Positions 22,209-33,915 of a stretch of DNA of 64,000 nt are shown here, piece by piece; positions within the stretch are counted from its first letter, which is position 1; each line of letters begins with the position of its first letter. The notes under the pieces are model-generated. The model did not search any database, was not told where the DNA came from, and saw nothing but the letters and a program-made list of their open reading frames with translations. The DNA is from an uncultured virus (IMG/VR IMGVR_UViG_2061766007_000169) (lineage: Duplodnaviria; Heunggongvirae; Uroviricota; Caudoviricetes): the IMG/VR virus record IMGVR_UViG_2061766007_000169; one strand, given 5' to 3'. Position numbers and translations under genes: made by a program.

Positions 22209-24345
22209 ATTGACATTGAAACATACAGTTCGGTTGACCTCGGATCATGCGGAGTCTACAAGTATGCGGAAGCAGATGACTTTGAAATCCTGTTGTTCGC
22301 CTACTCATGCGACTATGGTGCTGTGCAGATCGTTAAGCTTGCCGAGGGTGAGCATATCCCTGAAGAGATCCTTGAGTACCTCTATGATAAGGATGTTGAA
22401 AAAACGGCGTTCAATGCTGCGTTCGAAAGAACGTGTCTGGCGAAAGCACTCGGCAGATACTGCGAACCGGAGCAATGGAGTTGCACGATGGTGCTTGCGG
22501 CTTCATGCGGATTGCCGATGAGTCTGAAAGGCGTAGGTGCTGCTCTTGGTTTGCCGGAAGACAAAGCGAAGATGAAAGAGGGATCTGATCTGATCAGATA
22601 CTTCTGTGTTCCCTGCAGACCCACGAAAGTTAATGGGCATAGAACACGCAATCTTCCTGCCCATGCTCCTGACAAATGGGAAACATTCTGCAAGTACAAC
22701 ATCAGGGATGTCGAGGTTGAGAATACCATAAGAGAGCAGCTTCTGAAGTGGAGACCTAATTACTCGGAGCATAAGCTGTGGTGTCTTGATCAGCGGATGA
22801 ATGATAAGGGCGTCCGCATCGAGCCGAAGCTTGCAGAGAATGCTATCCGGATTGGGAATCAGTATCGTGAGAAGCTTATTGAACAGGCGAAAGAGATCTC
22901 CGGTCTTGAGAATCCAAACAGCACAGCACAGATCAAGGCATGGCTGGAAGATCAGGAAGACATTGAAGTGCTTTCATTAAATAAGAAAGCAATTGCCCAN
23001 NNNNNNNNNNNNNNNNNNNNNNNNNNNNNNNNNNNNNNNNNNNNNNNNNNNNNNNNNNNNNNNNNNNNNNNNNNNNNNNNNNNNNNNNNNNNNNNNNNNN
23101 NNNNNNNNNNNNNNNNNNNNNNNNNNNNNNNNNNNNNNNNNNNNNNNNNNNNNNNNNNNNNNNNNNNNNNNNNNNNNNNNNNNNNNNNNNNNNNNNNNNN
23201 NNNNNNNNNNNNNNNNNNNNNNNNNNNNNNNNNNNNNNNNNNNNNNNNNNNNNNNNNNNNNNNNNNNNNNNNNNNNNNNNNNNNNNNNNNNNNNNNNNNN
23301 NNNNNNNNNNNNNNNNNNNNNNNNNNNNNNNNNNNNNNNNNNNNNNNNNNNNNNNNNNNNNNNNNNNNNNNNNNNNNNNNNNNNNNNNNNNNNNNNNNNN
23401 NNNNNNNNNNNNNNNNNNNNNNNNNNNNNNNNNNNNNNNNNNNNNNNNNNNNNNNNNNNNNNNNNNNNNNNNNNNNNNNNNNNNNNNNNNNNNNNNNNNN
23501 NNNNNNNNNNNNNNNNNNNNNNNNNNNNNNNNNNNNNNNNNGCGTTGATGTGCAAGGGCGCTTCGTGGATGAATGGTCTTCCGCTCAATGCAGATGGATA
23601 TCTTTGTGAATCATATAGAAAATCGGATTAGTTATGAGCGCATGGAATAAAAAGAACTTATTAGGAAATCGATTTGGTAGATTAACAGTTATTGCCCCGG
23701 CAGAAAATACCAAAGCCGGAAAAGCCAGATGGNNNNNNNNNNGTGATTGCGGTAATGAAAAATGGATTCCTTATCGAGGTCTAAAAGAAAAGACAACACA
23801 GAGTTGTGGGTGTTTATCTAGAGAGACTAGCCGGAAGAATGCAACAAGACATGGCTTCTNNNNNNNNNNTTTTGAGGACGGAGTGCTGTGGATGAATCTT
23901 CCATCCGGCAGACGGATAGCCTATTGGGGCGCAGAGATGGGCAAGGACAGATGGGGCCGAGCATCTCTTACTTACATGACTCAGAACCAGACAACGAAGA
24001 AGTGGGAGAGGACGGAGACNNNNNNNNNNCTTTGAGGACGGAGTGCTGTGGATGAATCTTCCGTCCGGCAGACGGATAGCCTATTGGGGTGCGGAGATGG
24101 GCAAGGACAGATGGGGCCGAGCATCTCTGACTTACATGACTCAGAACCAGACAACGAAGAAGTGGGAGAGGACGGAGACTTTCGGCGGTAAGCTTGTCGA
24201 GAACTGTGTCCAGGCTGTGGCGAGAGACTGCCTTAAAGAAGCTTTGTTCAACCTGGACCGAGCCGGATATGATGTACGTGCCACAGTGCATGACGAAGTA
24301 ATCATAACTGCTCCCATGAAGGATGGTATGCTCGATGAGATTATT
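22209..24345 (+). CDS. polA: Family A DNA polymerase fragments (probably misoriented, gapped contigs)
   Basis: DIETYS exonuclease I, AFNAAFER, YNIRDV, GKLVEN.VQA.ARD, VHDE motif C. Confidence 0.8.
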
Positions 24346-24523
24346 NNNNNNNNNNNNNNNNNNNNNNNNNNNNNNNNNNNNNNNNNNNNNNNNNNNNNNN
24401 NNNNNNNNNNNNNNNNNNNNNNNNNNNNNNNNNNNNNNNNNNNNNNNNNNNNNNNNNNNNNNNNNNNNNNNNNNNNNNNNNNNNNNNNNNNNNNNNNNNN
24501 NNNNNNNNNNNNNNNNNNNNNNN

Positions 24524-24868
24524 TCCCTTCAGACTCATAGGCAAACCGCACGAGGCTGCAAGCACCATTGTGCAACTCCATTGCTCCGGTTCGCAGTATC
24601 TGCCGAGTGCTTTCGTCAGACACGTTCTTTCGAACGAAGCATTGAACGCCGTTTTTTCAACATCCTTATCGTAGAGGTACTCAATGATATCATCCGGGAT
24701 CTGCTCACCCTCGGCAAGCTTAACTATCTGCACAGCACCATAGTCGCATGAGTAGGCGAACAGCAGTATCTCAAAGTCATCTGCTTCCACATATTTGTAA
24801 ACCCCACAGGATATCAGATCAACAGAACTGAATGTCTCGATGTCTATGCTTAAAGTGTGTGGCTTCAT
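24524..24868 (-). CDS. polA: Family A DNA polymerase N-terminus (allele in operon orientation)
   Basis: LSIDIETFSS; near-identical to the 22209 copy; coupled to upstream ORF. Confidence 0.75.
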
Positions 24869-25401
24869 TTATCGTACCCGCATTGTGCCAGCGTATATCC
24901 TACGTGCTGAATATCGATATCAATCGGTTCAAGAATTTCCTCATGATACGCGGTACTGTCATCCCAGTTATTGATCATGCCGCCTATCTTCTCCGCAAAT
25001 AGGTTGATCAAATGTGGGCAGTTGCGTATCANNNNNNNNNNTATCAATTGGCTCAAGAATTTCCTCATGATACACGGTACTGTCATCCCAGTTATTGATC
25101 ATGCTGCCTATCTTCTCCGCAAATAGGTTGATCAAATGGGGGCAGTTGCATATCAATTCTTTAGCGAACTCAGTCAATTCATCCGGCATCGTCTTGTCTC
25201 CTATATAATGGATATGGTATCTCTGTACACGTTTAATCCATTTAATTTATTTATTCAGTGCTTCCCTAATCTTTTTACGATTAAGATTCTTTACCGCTCT
25301 CCGCTCCTCAACCAGGGGCGGAAGCATAACCACTCCGATGCGGAGATACTCCCTCTGACGCCAATGGTTCTTGGCGTTCTTTGCTCCTGCCCGCTTCGCC
25401 A

Positions 25402-26372
25402 TTAGTCTGCAAGATCAGAGAACGAAGCTTCCGCTGTCTCTGCGGTACCGGCGAGTCTCTCTCCATCACGAAGCTTGATGACATTGCCAAGCGAGACTCC
25501 TACGCCACGATGCCCTTGCTGATCATATGGGAAGAAAGACACCGTGACAGCACCATAGCAGCCGGGGTAGATGTCACGCTCATCAGCAGAGACGAGACCG
25601 AGTTCTGCGTTCTTCACAACACACTGCGGAGCATAGGTATTGGAGCAGTTGAAGTAGAAGCAGTTGAAACACGCTTCATCATCCGGCTTCTCCTCATCCC
25701 CATCATGCAAAGGCTTAGCAAGGTTAGGGGGAACTTTGCCCTTCCAGAACTTATCCGCACCTTTCTTNNNNNNNNNNGTCACGAAGCTTGATGACATTAC
25801 CAAGGGAAACTCCTACGCCACGATGCCCTTGCTGATCATAGGGGAAGAAAGACACCGTGACAGCACCATAGCAACCGGGATAAATGTCACGCTCATCAGC
25901 AGAGACAAGACCGAGTTCTGCGTTCTTCACAACACACTGCGGAGCATAGGTATTGGAGCAGTTGAAGTAGAAGCAGTTGAAGTACGCTTCATCATCCGGC
26001 TTCTCCACATCCCCATCATGCAAAGGCTTGGCAAGGTTAGGGGGAACTTTGCCCTTCCAGAACTTATCCGCACCTTTCTTGGCGGCCGCATCAATAGCAC
26101 CGGCAATAAGATCAAGTGCTTCCTTGTTTCCCTTGTCAATGAGGATACAGCAACTGTACTTGCCTGATTCCGGATTAGGNNNNNNNNNNAGCGGCAGCAG
26201 CAATAGCGCTGTCAATAAGATCAAGTGCTTCCTTGTTGCCCTTGTCAATGAGGATACAGCAACTGTACTTGCCTGATTCCGGATTAGGCTCAAAGAGCCG
26301 GGGATAGCTGAAGCGAACCTCTCCGATGCGAAGAGATGTTCCATCGTTGTTTGTTACTTTGTTCAATGACAT
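25402..26372 (-). CDS. DUF2815-like ssDNA-binding protein (gapped, allelic repeats)
   Basis: VRFSY..LFEP, KYSC.ILI.K, PLHDGD, YPGCYG, GV...LGN, acidic tail. Confidence 0.8.
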
Positions 26373-26393
26373 AGTTTTATATCCTTTCAATTA

Positions 26394-27985
26394 TTAATTA
26401 ACCAAATCACCGAAATCAAGATCAACCGGAGCGTACTCTTCACGGCTGTCATCTTCCGGAACAAGGGCGAGATTGCCTTCGCCCTGATAGACATACGATC
26501 CGAGAAGAGAATCGAACGCCGCCTTGTGCAGTATCTTCTCAAGATCGGCAGGGGATCTGAGTTTAGGACTNNNNNNNNNNATACTCCTCACGGCTGTCAT
26601 CTTCCGGAACAAGGGTGAGATTGCCTTCACCCTGATAGACATACGATCCGAGAAGAGAGTCAAACGCTGCCTTGTGCAGTATCTTCTCAAGATCGGCAGG
26701 GGATCCGAGTTTAGGACTGGTGTAGTATTGCTCCGGTTTGTATCCGGCTCTTGCAAGCTGATCGATTACAAGGTCATCATCCTTCCATGTCCCGGACGGA
26801 CGCTTACCGCGGACAAGCTTGTAGCCTTTCCATTTCTTTCCCTGCATCGCCTGGTTATAGCAATACTCACGAACATTCTTTATCCACTTCTCTGCGGTAT
26901 CGAGGAAGGGAAGTAGTTCTGCGACTTTCGCATCGGATAAGATGTCCGGACTATCGAACATATTGCCAATAACATTTAATGAGGTAAGAACATTCTCCCT
27001 GCAAATAGCTTTCACATTACAGAACTTGCAATGCTCACCAGCTTTAAACTCACCCTCACCACGCCACGCCTTTTGTGCGGCGGGTTTGATAACTTCATCT
27101 GCCCAGCAAAGCAGATCGTTCACGTACATTATGTCTTCCGAAACAGAGTCGAGTCTCGGCTGACAGATAATCATCTTTACCTGTTGAAAACTGTACAGAC
27201 TATGGAACGCATCATACGCTCCGAGTGCATAGAGACGAAGCTGATAGTTATCTTCGGCGGATACAGGTACGCCTTTGCCAAACTTCATATCGACAACGAT
27301 CAGTCCGGCATCTGACACAATCACAGCGTCGCTTGTGCCGAAACACTCTGGCACCCACTCTGACAGATCGAGTTGCTGTTCTATAAATAATTGTGTGGCC
27401 GGATCTACCCGACGCATCGAGTAGTACTCAGTAAGAACACAATCCACATAATCATCTGTAAAGCGATCAATCTCAGGAGTAATGCCGTCAATCGCNNNNN
27501 NNNNNCAGACGAAGCTGATAGTTTCCTTCAGCCGTAACAGGAACCCCTTTGCCGAACTTCAAGTCTATAACAATCAGTCCGGCATCTGATACAATCACAG
27601 CATCGCTTGTGCCAAAACACTCTGGCACCCACTCTGACAGATCGAGTTGCTGTTCTATAAATAACTGTGTGGACGGATCTACCCGACGCAGTGCGTAGTA
27701 CTCAGTAAGAACACAATCAACATAATCATCTGTAAAGCGATCAATCTCAGGAGTAATGCCGTCAATCGCTGCAACCTGGACTTTGAAGTTGAATTCATTT
27801 ATCTCACCCAATTCTTTCCGGAGTTTCAATTCGGCAAGGCTGTGAGCTCGTGTTCCTTCTTCAGCATACACGCTTGATTTGTCGCCAAACATATCACGAT
27901 ACTTCTGACACAGCCTGCCGGACGGCGGACACATAACCCACCTGCGCGCGGCAGAGGGGGATAAAGTCGCATGGATGCTAGGCAT
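26394..27985 (-). CDS. DUF2800-like Cas4/PD-(D/E)xK nuclease (gapped)
   Basis: HA.LSPS.A.RW..CP, EGT.AH, FGTSD, D.KFGKG, QLRLYALG, C.FC. Confidence 0.82.
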
Positions 27986-28528
27986 TTAAATAACCTCTCC
28001 TAAACTATTGACATAGGCATAGGCTCTTCCGTTAAGTACATTACCAATAGCGCCTTTAACAACGCCATACATCTTCGCCAGTTGGGAATAGCTTAGTCCT
28101 TCTTCATGGAGTCTCCTAATATCCGCTGCATCTTTTGCAGATAACTTTGATCGAGTTTGTCTTCCCTTAATCCGGACAACATCTCTTTTATTTTCCGATA
28201 CGGAATCATAACGGAGATTACAAACCCTATTGTCATGAGAGTCTCCATTAGTATGGCACACTTGCATCCCATCCGGCCTAGTTCCTAAAAACGCTAAGGC
28301 TACAAGGGAGTGTACATAAAAGGTCTTTCTATTTTCTTTATGGCCGATGTCCACTTGATAGTAGTTTCCTTTATATGGGTTATTACGTGCCTTTAGAATA
28401 TGACCCTTCCTATGCTCTACCACACCGTTACATCTAATAATGTCTTGCGCTTTTACTCTCACGTTACCTAAGTCAGATACTTGGTAATCCTCATACCCTG
28501 GAATATCCTTCCAGACTTCTTCCATCAA
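27986..28528 (-). mobile_element. NUMOD4-HNH homing endonuclease
   Basis: WKDIPGYEDYQVSDLGNVR (NUMOD4), VH.LVA.AF, VCH.NG...DN...NL (HNH). Confidence 0.88.
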
Positions 28529-29298
28529 ATCACCCCAAGTTCTTTCAGCTTCTTCATAACCTCACCATACTTATTCGCCGGAAGAGCAGGGAAGCCTGTC
28601 ACACCCCAGTTCTCTTTGAGCCAGTCAGAAATCTTATTCACTTTTCCTGACGATCTCGCCTTGGCAATAGCACTCTTCACTTCNNNNNNNNNNGGCATAC
28701 TCGCTTGACTTATCACCGAAGATATCTCTGAACTTCTGGCACAGCCTGCCGGACGGCGGACACTCACACCACCTCTTGGCGGCGGATGGGGATAGAGCGG
28801 CATGAACACCAGGCAAATCAAATCACCTCAAGTTCTTTCAGCTTCTTCATAACCTCGCCATACTTATTCGCCGGAAGAGCAGGGAAGCCTGTCACACCCC
28901 AGTTCTCNNNNNNNNNNTGCTTCAGAGTAAGACTCCTCTGTCTCCGGCTCTTCAGGAGTATCCGGTTCTTCTTCCGGTTCTTCAAGAGTATCAGGTTCTG
29001 CTTCCGGTTCTTCCGGCTCTACCTTCTTGAACTTCGGACGAATGATCTCCGGCTCTTCTCCGGCATCCGCTGTTGGGGGGTCATCAAACGTGATGCCTTT
29101 CGCCGTATAGTACTTCGCAAACAGATTCCAAATATCAGGGAACTGTGTTGCTGCACAGGAGAATCTTTCTATGTTCTCAAGAAGCTGTGCATAGTCTCTA
29201 CTTCTGGGGTCTGTCTGATTGATCGTCGCAACCAAACGAACGAATTCCAGGGCGATAAAATCTTCACACGACATTGGCACATTAATTGTCTCTGCCAT
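28525..29298 (-). CDS. Acidic hypothetical protein preceding the DUF2800 gene (gapped, two alleles of the C-terminus)
   Basis: N-terminal ORF from 29298 with EP-rich linker; C-terminus ...KKLKEL(G/E)VI. Confidence 0.6.
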
Positions 29299-29329
29299 AA
29301 CTGTAGTTACCTCTCCTTANNNNNNNNNN

Positions 29330-29765
29330 AATCTCCCTCGACACCGAGGTCTTCATCACCGAAGTGCTTACGTGTTACAGCCATTGGGAACTCCTCGATC
29401 TCCGACTCCCACCGACAGGCATCCGCTCCGTTGTGCATTGCCCAACAGTATTCGAACCCACCTATGCCGGAGAACAGAGACCCCAATGTGTACGTTGGCT
29501 GCACTCCCATCCACTCATCAGTTTCGTGCAACTCCTGTGTAATGTTTCCAAGGAGTTTAAACCAAAAAGGAATTGCGATACTGTTACCGAGCGACTTATA
29601 TTTTGCGGACGAGGAATCCTTATGAACCTTACCCTTGCTGTCCGTCCACTCGCCGATGTCTACCCAGCTTACAATCTTTCCATCGACTTCCTTTTCCGGA
29701 AACCCCTGCAGACGATTGCACTCCAACGGCGTGAGTCTTCGTACTATATATTCTTTATCTTCCAT
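29330..29765 (-). CDS. C5-methyltransferase fragment carrying motifs IX-X-I-II (circularly permuted)
   Basis: RRLTPLECNRLQGFP, YKSLGNSI, then SLFSGIGGFE and SEIE; runs into a gap. Confidence 0.8.
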
Positions 29766-29968
29766 TCCATTACTCTCTCTATAGCAGGATATAAACCGCT
29801 TATCACATCCTGATGGGTTAGCTTCTCCGGATATCCTCTCGCACATAATGTACCGACAACATCATTCATGGTACTNNNNNNNNNNCTATAGCAGGATACA
29901 AACCGCTTATCACATCCTGATGGGTCAGCTTTTCCGGATATCCTCTCGCACATAATGTACCGACAACA

Positions 29969-31051
29969 TCATTCATGGTACTTCAAAAGGAATTCCGGAT
30001 CGACAGCCTTGAAGCTGTGCTTCCCATCGAGACTCCGGCAGACAAGTCCTTCACGGATAGTGTTACCTATCTGAGAGGGGCCGTGTGCGATCTCAAGCAT
30101 CTTCTCCACAGTTCTAGGTATGCTTCCGAGTCCAACTATCGGTACCCATTTCAGACCTGCTTCTCCGGCTATTCGCTTTCCGTCTCCGCTCGGCCACCGA
30201 CCATGATCGGATGTCACGAAGTTGAACACATACAGATCCGGCTCTGTCAGTTTATACTTGTTGCCCTGAATACCAGGACCGACACACTCGCCCTGGATAG
30301 CTACCCATTCAAGATTGTAAGTCCTTGCTATCTTCAGCAACGCATCCTCGATATTATATCTGTCGGATACTTTCCAATAGCTTGACTCATCCTTGTTGAA
30401 CAGACGGACATTCCTTGAGCAGACGATGTACTCATACCTCTTGCCGAACAGCCGGTGTGTTTTCTTCACGGCAAATGTTCCGCTCTGTCCGTCAAGCTTC
30501 TCCGTCAACAGCCAAGGTATATCCATATCAAGATAGAACGGAGCATTCTGAATCCTCGTCTCGTCTGTCTTCGAAATGAAATCCGGAAACGCCTTGCTGC
30601 CTGAATGATCAAAGCTATAGACAAGCTGTCTGAACCACTTGAATCTCATCAGCCACTTTGGATACTGCCGGAGTTTTTTCTTCTCCGTAGTATTCACCTT
30701 GACATCCGTAGCGTCCGGTCTCTCCCACTTTGTAATGCCGAGGATCTCTGTTACATCATCCCCCTCGTCGTATACCTGCCCGGCAGGTAGAATGCTGAGA
30801 GGGAAGCAGATGCCCTGGGATATACAGCCAGCCATTTTCATTGTCCGGATGTGGCGATCCTTAAGAAAGGAACACCACTCCGCATCCGGCAGAAGCGAGT
30901 CGATCTCGCAGAACACACACAGATCGCCCGGTTTGAACTCGGACTTCTGTACGATGACAGTCCATCCGTCAATCGTGGCAAGACCTATGCGGTCTTTGTT
31001 AGGTATATCCGAGACAGTAGCAATGCGTTTGATCGTCGCAAGCTGTCTCAT
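29969..31051 (-). CDS. ATP-dependent RNA ligase (DRB0094/Rnl2-like)
   Basis: N-terminal OB-like domain, TEKLDG motif I, QGE, YVFN, REGLV, SFKA. Confidence 0.85.
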   Translation of the reverse strand: MRQLATIKRIATVSDIPNKDRIGLATIDGWTVIVQKSEFKPGDLCVFCEIDSLLPDAEWCSFLKDRHIRTMKMAGCISQGICFPLSILPAGQVYDEGDDVTEILGITKWERPDATDVKVNTTEKKKLRQYPKWLMRFKWFRQLVYSFDHSGSKAFPDFISKTDETRIQNAPFYLDMDIPWLLTEKLDGQSGTFAVKKTHRLFGKRYEYIVCSRNVRLFNKDESSYWKVSDRYNIEDALLKIARTYNLEWVAIQGECVGPGIQGNKYKLTEPDLYVFNFVTSDHGRWPSGDGKRIAGEAGLKWVPIVGLGSIPRTVEKMLEIAHGPSQIGNTIREGLVCRSLDGKHSFKAVDPEFLLKYHE

Positions 31052-31470
31052 TTTTTCTCCTCTTTATCTCCGAATACATGAACAAGCATATGACCAAGGG
31101 CAGCGAGCTTCTCTTCAGGAGTCTCCTCATCGTCCTCTTCATCAGCTTCTTCAGCCTTACTCTCCTGCTCTTTAGTCTGTCCGGCAAGGGCGGCAAGGGT
31201 CTCCTCGTCATCGAGTTCGATCTCTTTCCTCTCGACAACAGCTTTGACAAAACGGAGAGAAGCACGACGAGTTCCATAGAGTTCGCAGAGTTTGTCAACA
31301 GCTTCTTCTGGGGCAACGAAACTCGGAGTAACAGTAATGCCCTCGACATCGCCGTATCTGGTATCGCACTTCACCTCGATGAACGGAGACATAATGATGT
31401 TCTCCGGCAGACGGAACAGATAAAGCTGACTGCATTTAGGATGTTTAACAACGACGAAATTCATAATCAT
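31048..31470 (-). CDS. Hypothetical protein
   Basis: Coupled to the ligase; acidic tail. Confidence 0.6.
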   Translation of the reverse strand: MIMNFVVVKHPKCSQLYLFRLPENIIMSPFIEVKCDTRYGDVEGITVTPSFVAPEEAVDKLCELYGTRRASLRFVKAVVERKEIELDDEETLAALAGQTKEQESKAEEADEEDDEETPEEKLAALGHMLVHVFGDKEEKK

Positions 31471-31480
31471 TTCTCCTTAA

Positions 31481-31846
31481 TTAATTTTTTATAATCATCA
31501 CAAGCGGTACATTGTTTCCGCCTGTGCCACAACGGGAAGTTAGGGATTGGACTATACCATCCTCTCTGATTGTTATCCGGCTATCATTGGGATGGTTGTC
31601 AAGACAGACCGGATCGTACTGATGCGCAATCTCAATCAGGCATTTAGGAGTTTCATCTCCACCATCATGAGAGCGTAACGGCTGTGCTACTTCTGCATCT
31701 ACCTGTTGGTTGTAACTATCGAATCCATAAGAAACTACTATCATAGGAATGTAGCCACCACCCATGCCCATGCTTGCCGGAAGCGTAGTGCATACTTCCG
31801 TATCTGTTATTGTCGCATGGTTTTGATTACTCTCTAACAAGATCAT
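31481..31846 (-). CDS. Methyltransferase TRD-like repeat protein
   Basis: TL.A.MG.GGG..P and SLTSRCGTGGNNVPLV modules typical of the variable region of phage C5-MTases. Confidence 0.6.
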   Translation of the reverse strand: MILLESNQNHATITDTEVCTTLPASMGMGGGYIPMIVVSYGFDSYNQQVDAEVAQPLRSHDGGDETPKCLIEIAHQYDPVCLDNHPNDSRITIREDGIVQSLTSRCGTGGNNVPLVMIIKN

Positions 31847-32022
31847 TCGTTCCCTTCAGTTGTTTGCGGTCTGTCATAAGCGATCAGCACTCCCTGATTT
31901 GTTCCGACGGTGAGACTCGGAGCGACCTCTCTTTCCCATCCCATTCCATGAGCGGCCGCACCCTGATCCGGTTTGAATCCATACGCAACAACTATTAAGG
32001 GCGNNNNNNNNNNTCGTACCAT

Positions 32023-32373
32023 TCAAAGAATCTCTTCTCTGCATAACAGATCATCTTCTGTCTCCTTCAGTTGTTTGCGTTCTTTAACCAACTGCAACAC
32101 ACACGGATACCCCTGTCCAGGCTTACCGCCATGCGTGGTAAGCTGATAAGCGATGTCGCTTACATAGACTCTTGCCTGCTGATTCTCATGCACAGAGTAG
32201 GCTTCAAGAATTAAGGGCGGATGTCCGTGATCTTCTGCTCTTAAAGTATGCGTGATATCCTCTGTGATATCCATCCGACCACCGCCCTGATCATTAAACA
32301 CAAGCACGTTCAACCTCGACAAGAATGCATCCGAAGTTATCCTTGTCCGGCATACGCTGTCCGCCGTTGGCAT
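32023..32373 (-). CDS. Methyltransferase TRD-like repeat protein
   Basis: FNDQGG, TLRAEDHGHPP, GGKPGQGYP modules. Confidence 0.6.
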   Translation of the reverse strand: MPTADSVCRTRITSDAFLSRLNVLVFNDQGGGRMDITEDITHTLRAEDHGHPPLILEAYSVHENQQARVYVSDIAYQLTTHGGKPGQGYPCVLQLVKERKQLKETEDDLLCREEIL

Positions 32374-32761
32374 TGTTCGCAGTTAAACAACCAACAACAT
32401 CCTCGCCATTCCAGAACATTGCTCTCTGCTGCACTACACACGGAACATGATCAGCATCTGAACTGATGGAGTTAAGGGTCTTGGCTACATCTCCTGTGAT
32501 GGTCTGGTTGTAAAGATCAACACCGGACAGAAACACAAGGGGCGGATCTTTATAATCCCTTGCCCTCAGACAGGGAACTANNNNNNNNNNAGTCTTGGCT
32601 ACATCTCCTGTGATGGTCTGGTTGTACAGATCAACACCGGACACAAACACAAGGGGCGGATCTTTATAATCCCTTGCCCTCAGACAGGGAACTACCTCGC
32701 AACCGAACACCGGAGTCGGCCCCACAGTCATAGCGTAGGAATCATTTCTGTTCAACAACAA
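32294..32761 (-). CDS. Methyltransferase TRD-like repeat protein (gapped)
   Basis: CLRARDYKDPP, DLYNQTITG modules. Confidence 0.6.
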   Translation of the reverse strand: MLLNRNDSYAMTVGPTPVFGCEVVPCLRARDYKDPPLVFVSGVDLYNQTITGDVAKTXXXXVPCLRARDYKDPPLVFLSGVDLYNQTITGDVAKTLNSISSDADHVPCVVQQRAMFWNGEDVVGCLTANNANGGQRMPDKDNFGCILVEVERACV

Positions 32762-33425
32762 CCATACCCCCTTGATGACAGGATGGGTTACCGCACTGCA
32801 TCCGGTCTAGACTCCTCGCTGTCTCGGCTTCATACACTCCGCTGTGCGGATTGCCGGACTTCCATGCATTGCTTCCGAAACTGCCGATGCCATAGCACAC
32901 AGCGTGTGGTGTACCATGAGAGTCAGACAGTACAGTAGGGGAGACATCCTCTGTAAATACGGCATTCCCTTTACCGCCTTGCTGATCTATCCCATAGCAC
33001 ACAACCTGATTGCTGTTTGCATTCCATCCACCGGATGATTTAGCCTGAAGTGTTCCGTTGATCTCCTCGTCAAGCTCTCCGTTTCGGATGTCTGCTCCGT
33101 AACACACGGACATCTGATTGTCTCCGGCTTTCGCTCTGAGCGATCCGCTTATGTTATCGCCATAGATATGACCGCCTACCCTGGATGCCGCCCCCGGCTC
33201 AAGAGCGAGGACATAGGACTCGCCCCCACCATACCGACACTCGCCGGAGTAAAGGGTCTCGGCTATTCCGTTCTCCGGCTGAATGTGTTTGCTCTGTACA
33301 TCCCACGGATTGTAGCACACACCATGCTGTTCAACATGATTCAATGTATAGGATACATCTGATACGGAATAGCCATCACCCTTGTGGCTTGGTCTGTAGC
33401 CGTTACCCTCGATTGCCACCGTCAA
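32742..33425 (-). CDS. Methyltransferase TRD-like repeat protein
   Basis: Repeated VCY(G) modules, TLQAKSSGG, NPSCHQGG. Confidence 0.65.
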   Translation of the reverse strand: MTVAIEGNGYRPSHKGDGYSVSDVSYTLNHVEQHGVCYNPWDVQSKHIQPENGIAETLYSGECRYGGGESYVLALEPGAASRVGGHIYGDNISGSLRAKAGDNQMSVCYGADIRNGELDEEINGTLQAKSSGGWNANSNQVVCYGIDQQGGKGNAVFTEDVSPTVLSDSHGTPHAVCYGIGSFGSNAWKSGNPHSGVYEAETARSLDRMQCGNPSCHQGGMVVVEQK

Positions 33426-33915
33426 GGGCGGCTTGTCGCAAAAGGGCAGCCTTCAGAATCTCCGGAAGTTCCTTGCCCCGTCTCTCCGCTCTGTTCAGAA
33501 TCCCCTGGCAGGCTTTCGGACTCAAGGCATACTTGCTCAGATCCGCATCCGGCTGGAGTATAGCAGAGAGACAGCACCTTATAGGCTGCCATGCCCCCAT
33601 AGTCGCAGACCAGAGAGACTCTCTTTCTTCTTTGTGGAACGCCGTGGAACTGGGCATCATGTACCGTCCATGCAAGACTCCAGGTATCTCCGACGACCAT
33701 TCCTTCAGGGGGCCATCCGTCTTTAGGTACAGAAAGACCGGGCGCTTCCGGCTCAACGACTCTAATGGATTCCTCAAGGACTTCTCTGAAGTCTTCTCCG
33801 TTGTGGCTGGAGAATATTCCGGGCACGTTCTCAAGGATTGTGAATCTCGGACGCACCCAGCTTCTAGCGTTTCGAACAGATTGATCTGTCCTTCGTAGTT
33901 GTTTATCATGCTCAC
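33403..33915 (-). CDS. Overlapping-frame methyltransferase accessory polypeptide (M.EcoHK31I beta-like)
   Basis: LSAILQ...KYALSPKACQGILNRAERRGKELP, encoded in an alternative frame inside the catalytic ORF; own RBS AAGGAG. Confidence 0.65.
   Translation of the reverse strand: MSMINNYEGQINLFETLEAGCVRDSQSLRTCPEYSPATTEKTSEKSLRNPLESLSRKRPVFLYLKTDGPLKEWSSEIPGVLHGRYMMPSSTAFHKEERESLWSATMGAWQPIRCCLSAILQPDADLSKYALSPKACQGILNRAERRGKELPEILKAALLRQAALDGGNRG

Noticed and set aside
21190..24345. Apparent inversion of polymerase/radical-SAM genes to the + strand
   Set aside because: Bounded by gaps, and the polymerase start also occurs on the minus strand at 24868; most likely misoriented contigs.
5761..32690. 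Many tandem near-duplicate gene pieces (e.g. 5761/5911, 6170/6388, 14600/14976, 16980/18284, 25470/25780, 27230/27506)
   Set aside because: Each abuts an N gap and differs mostly by scattered substitutions: strain alleles placed side by side by the scaffolder, not real duplications.
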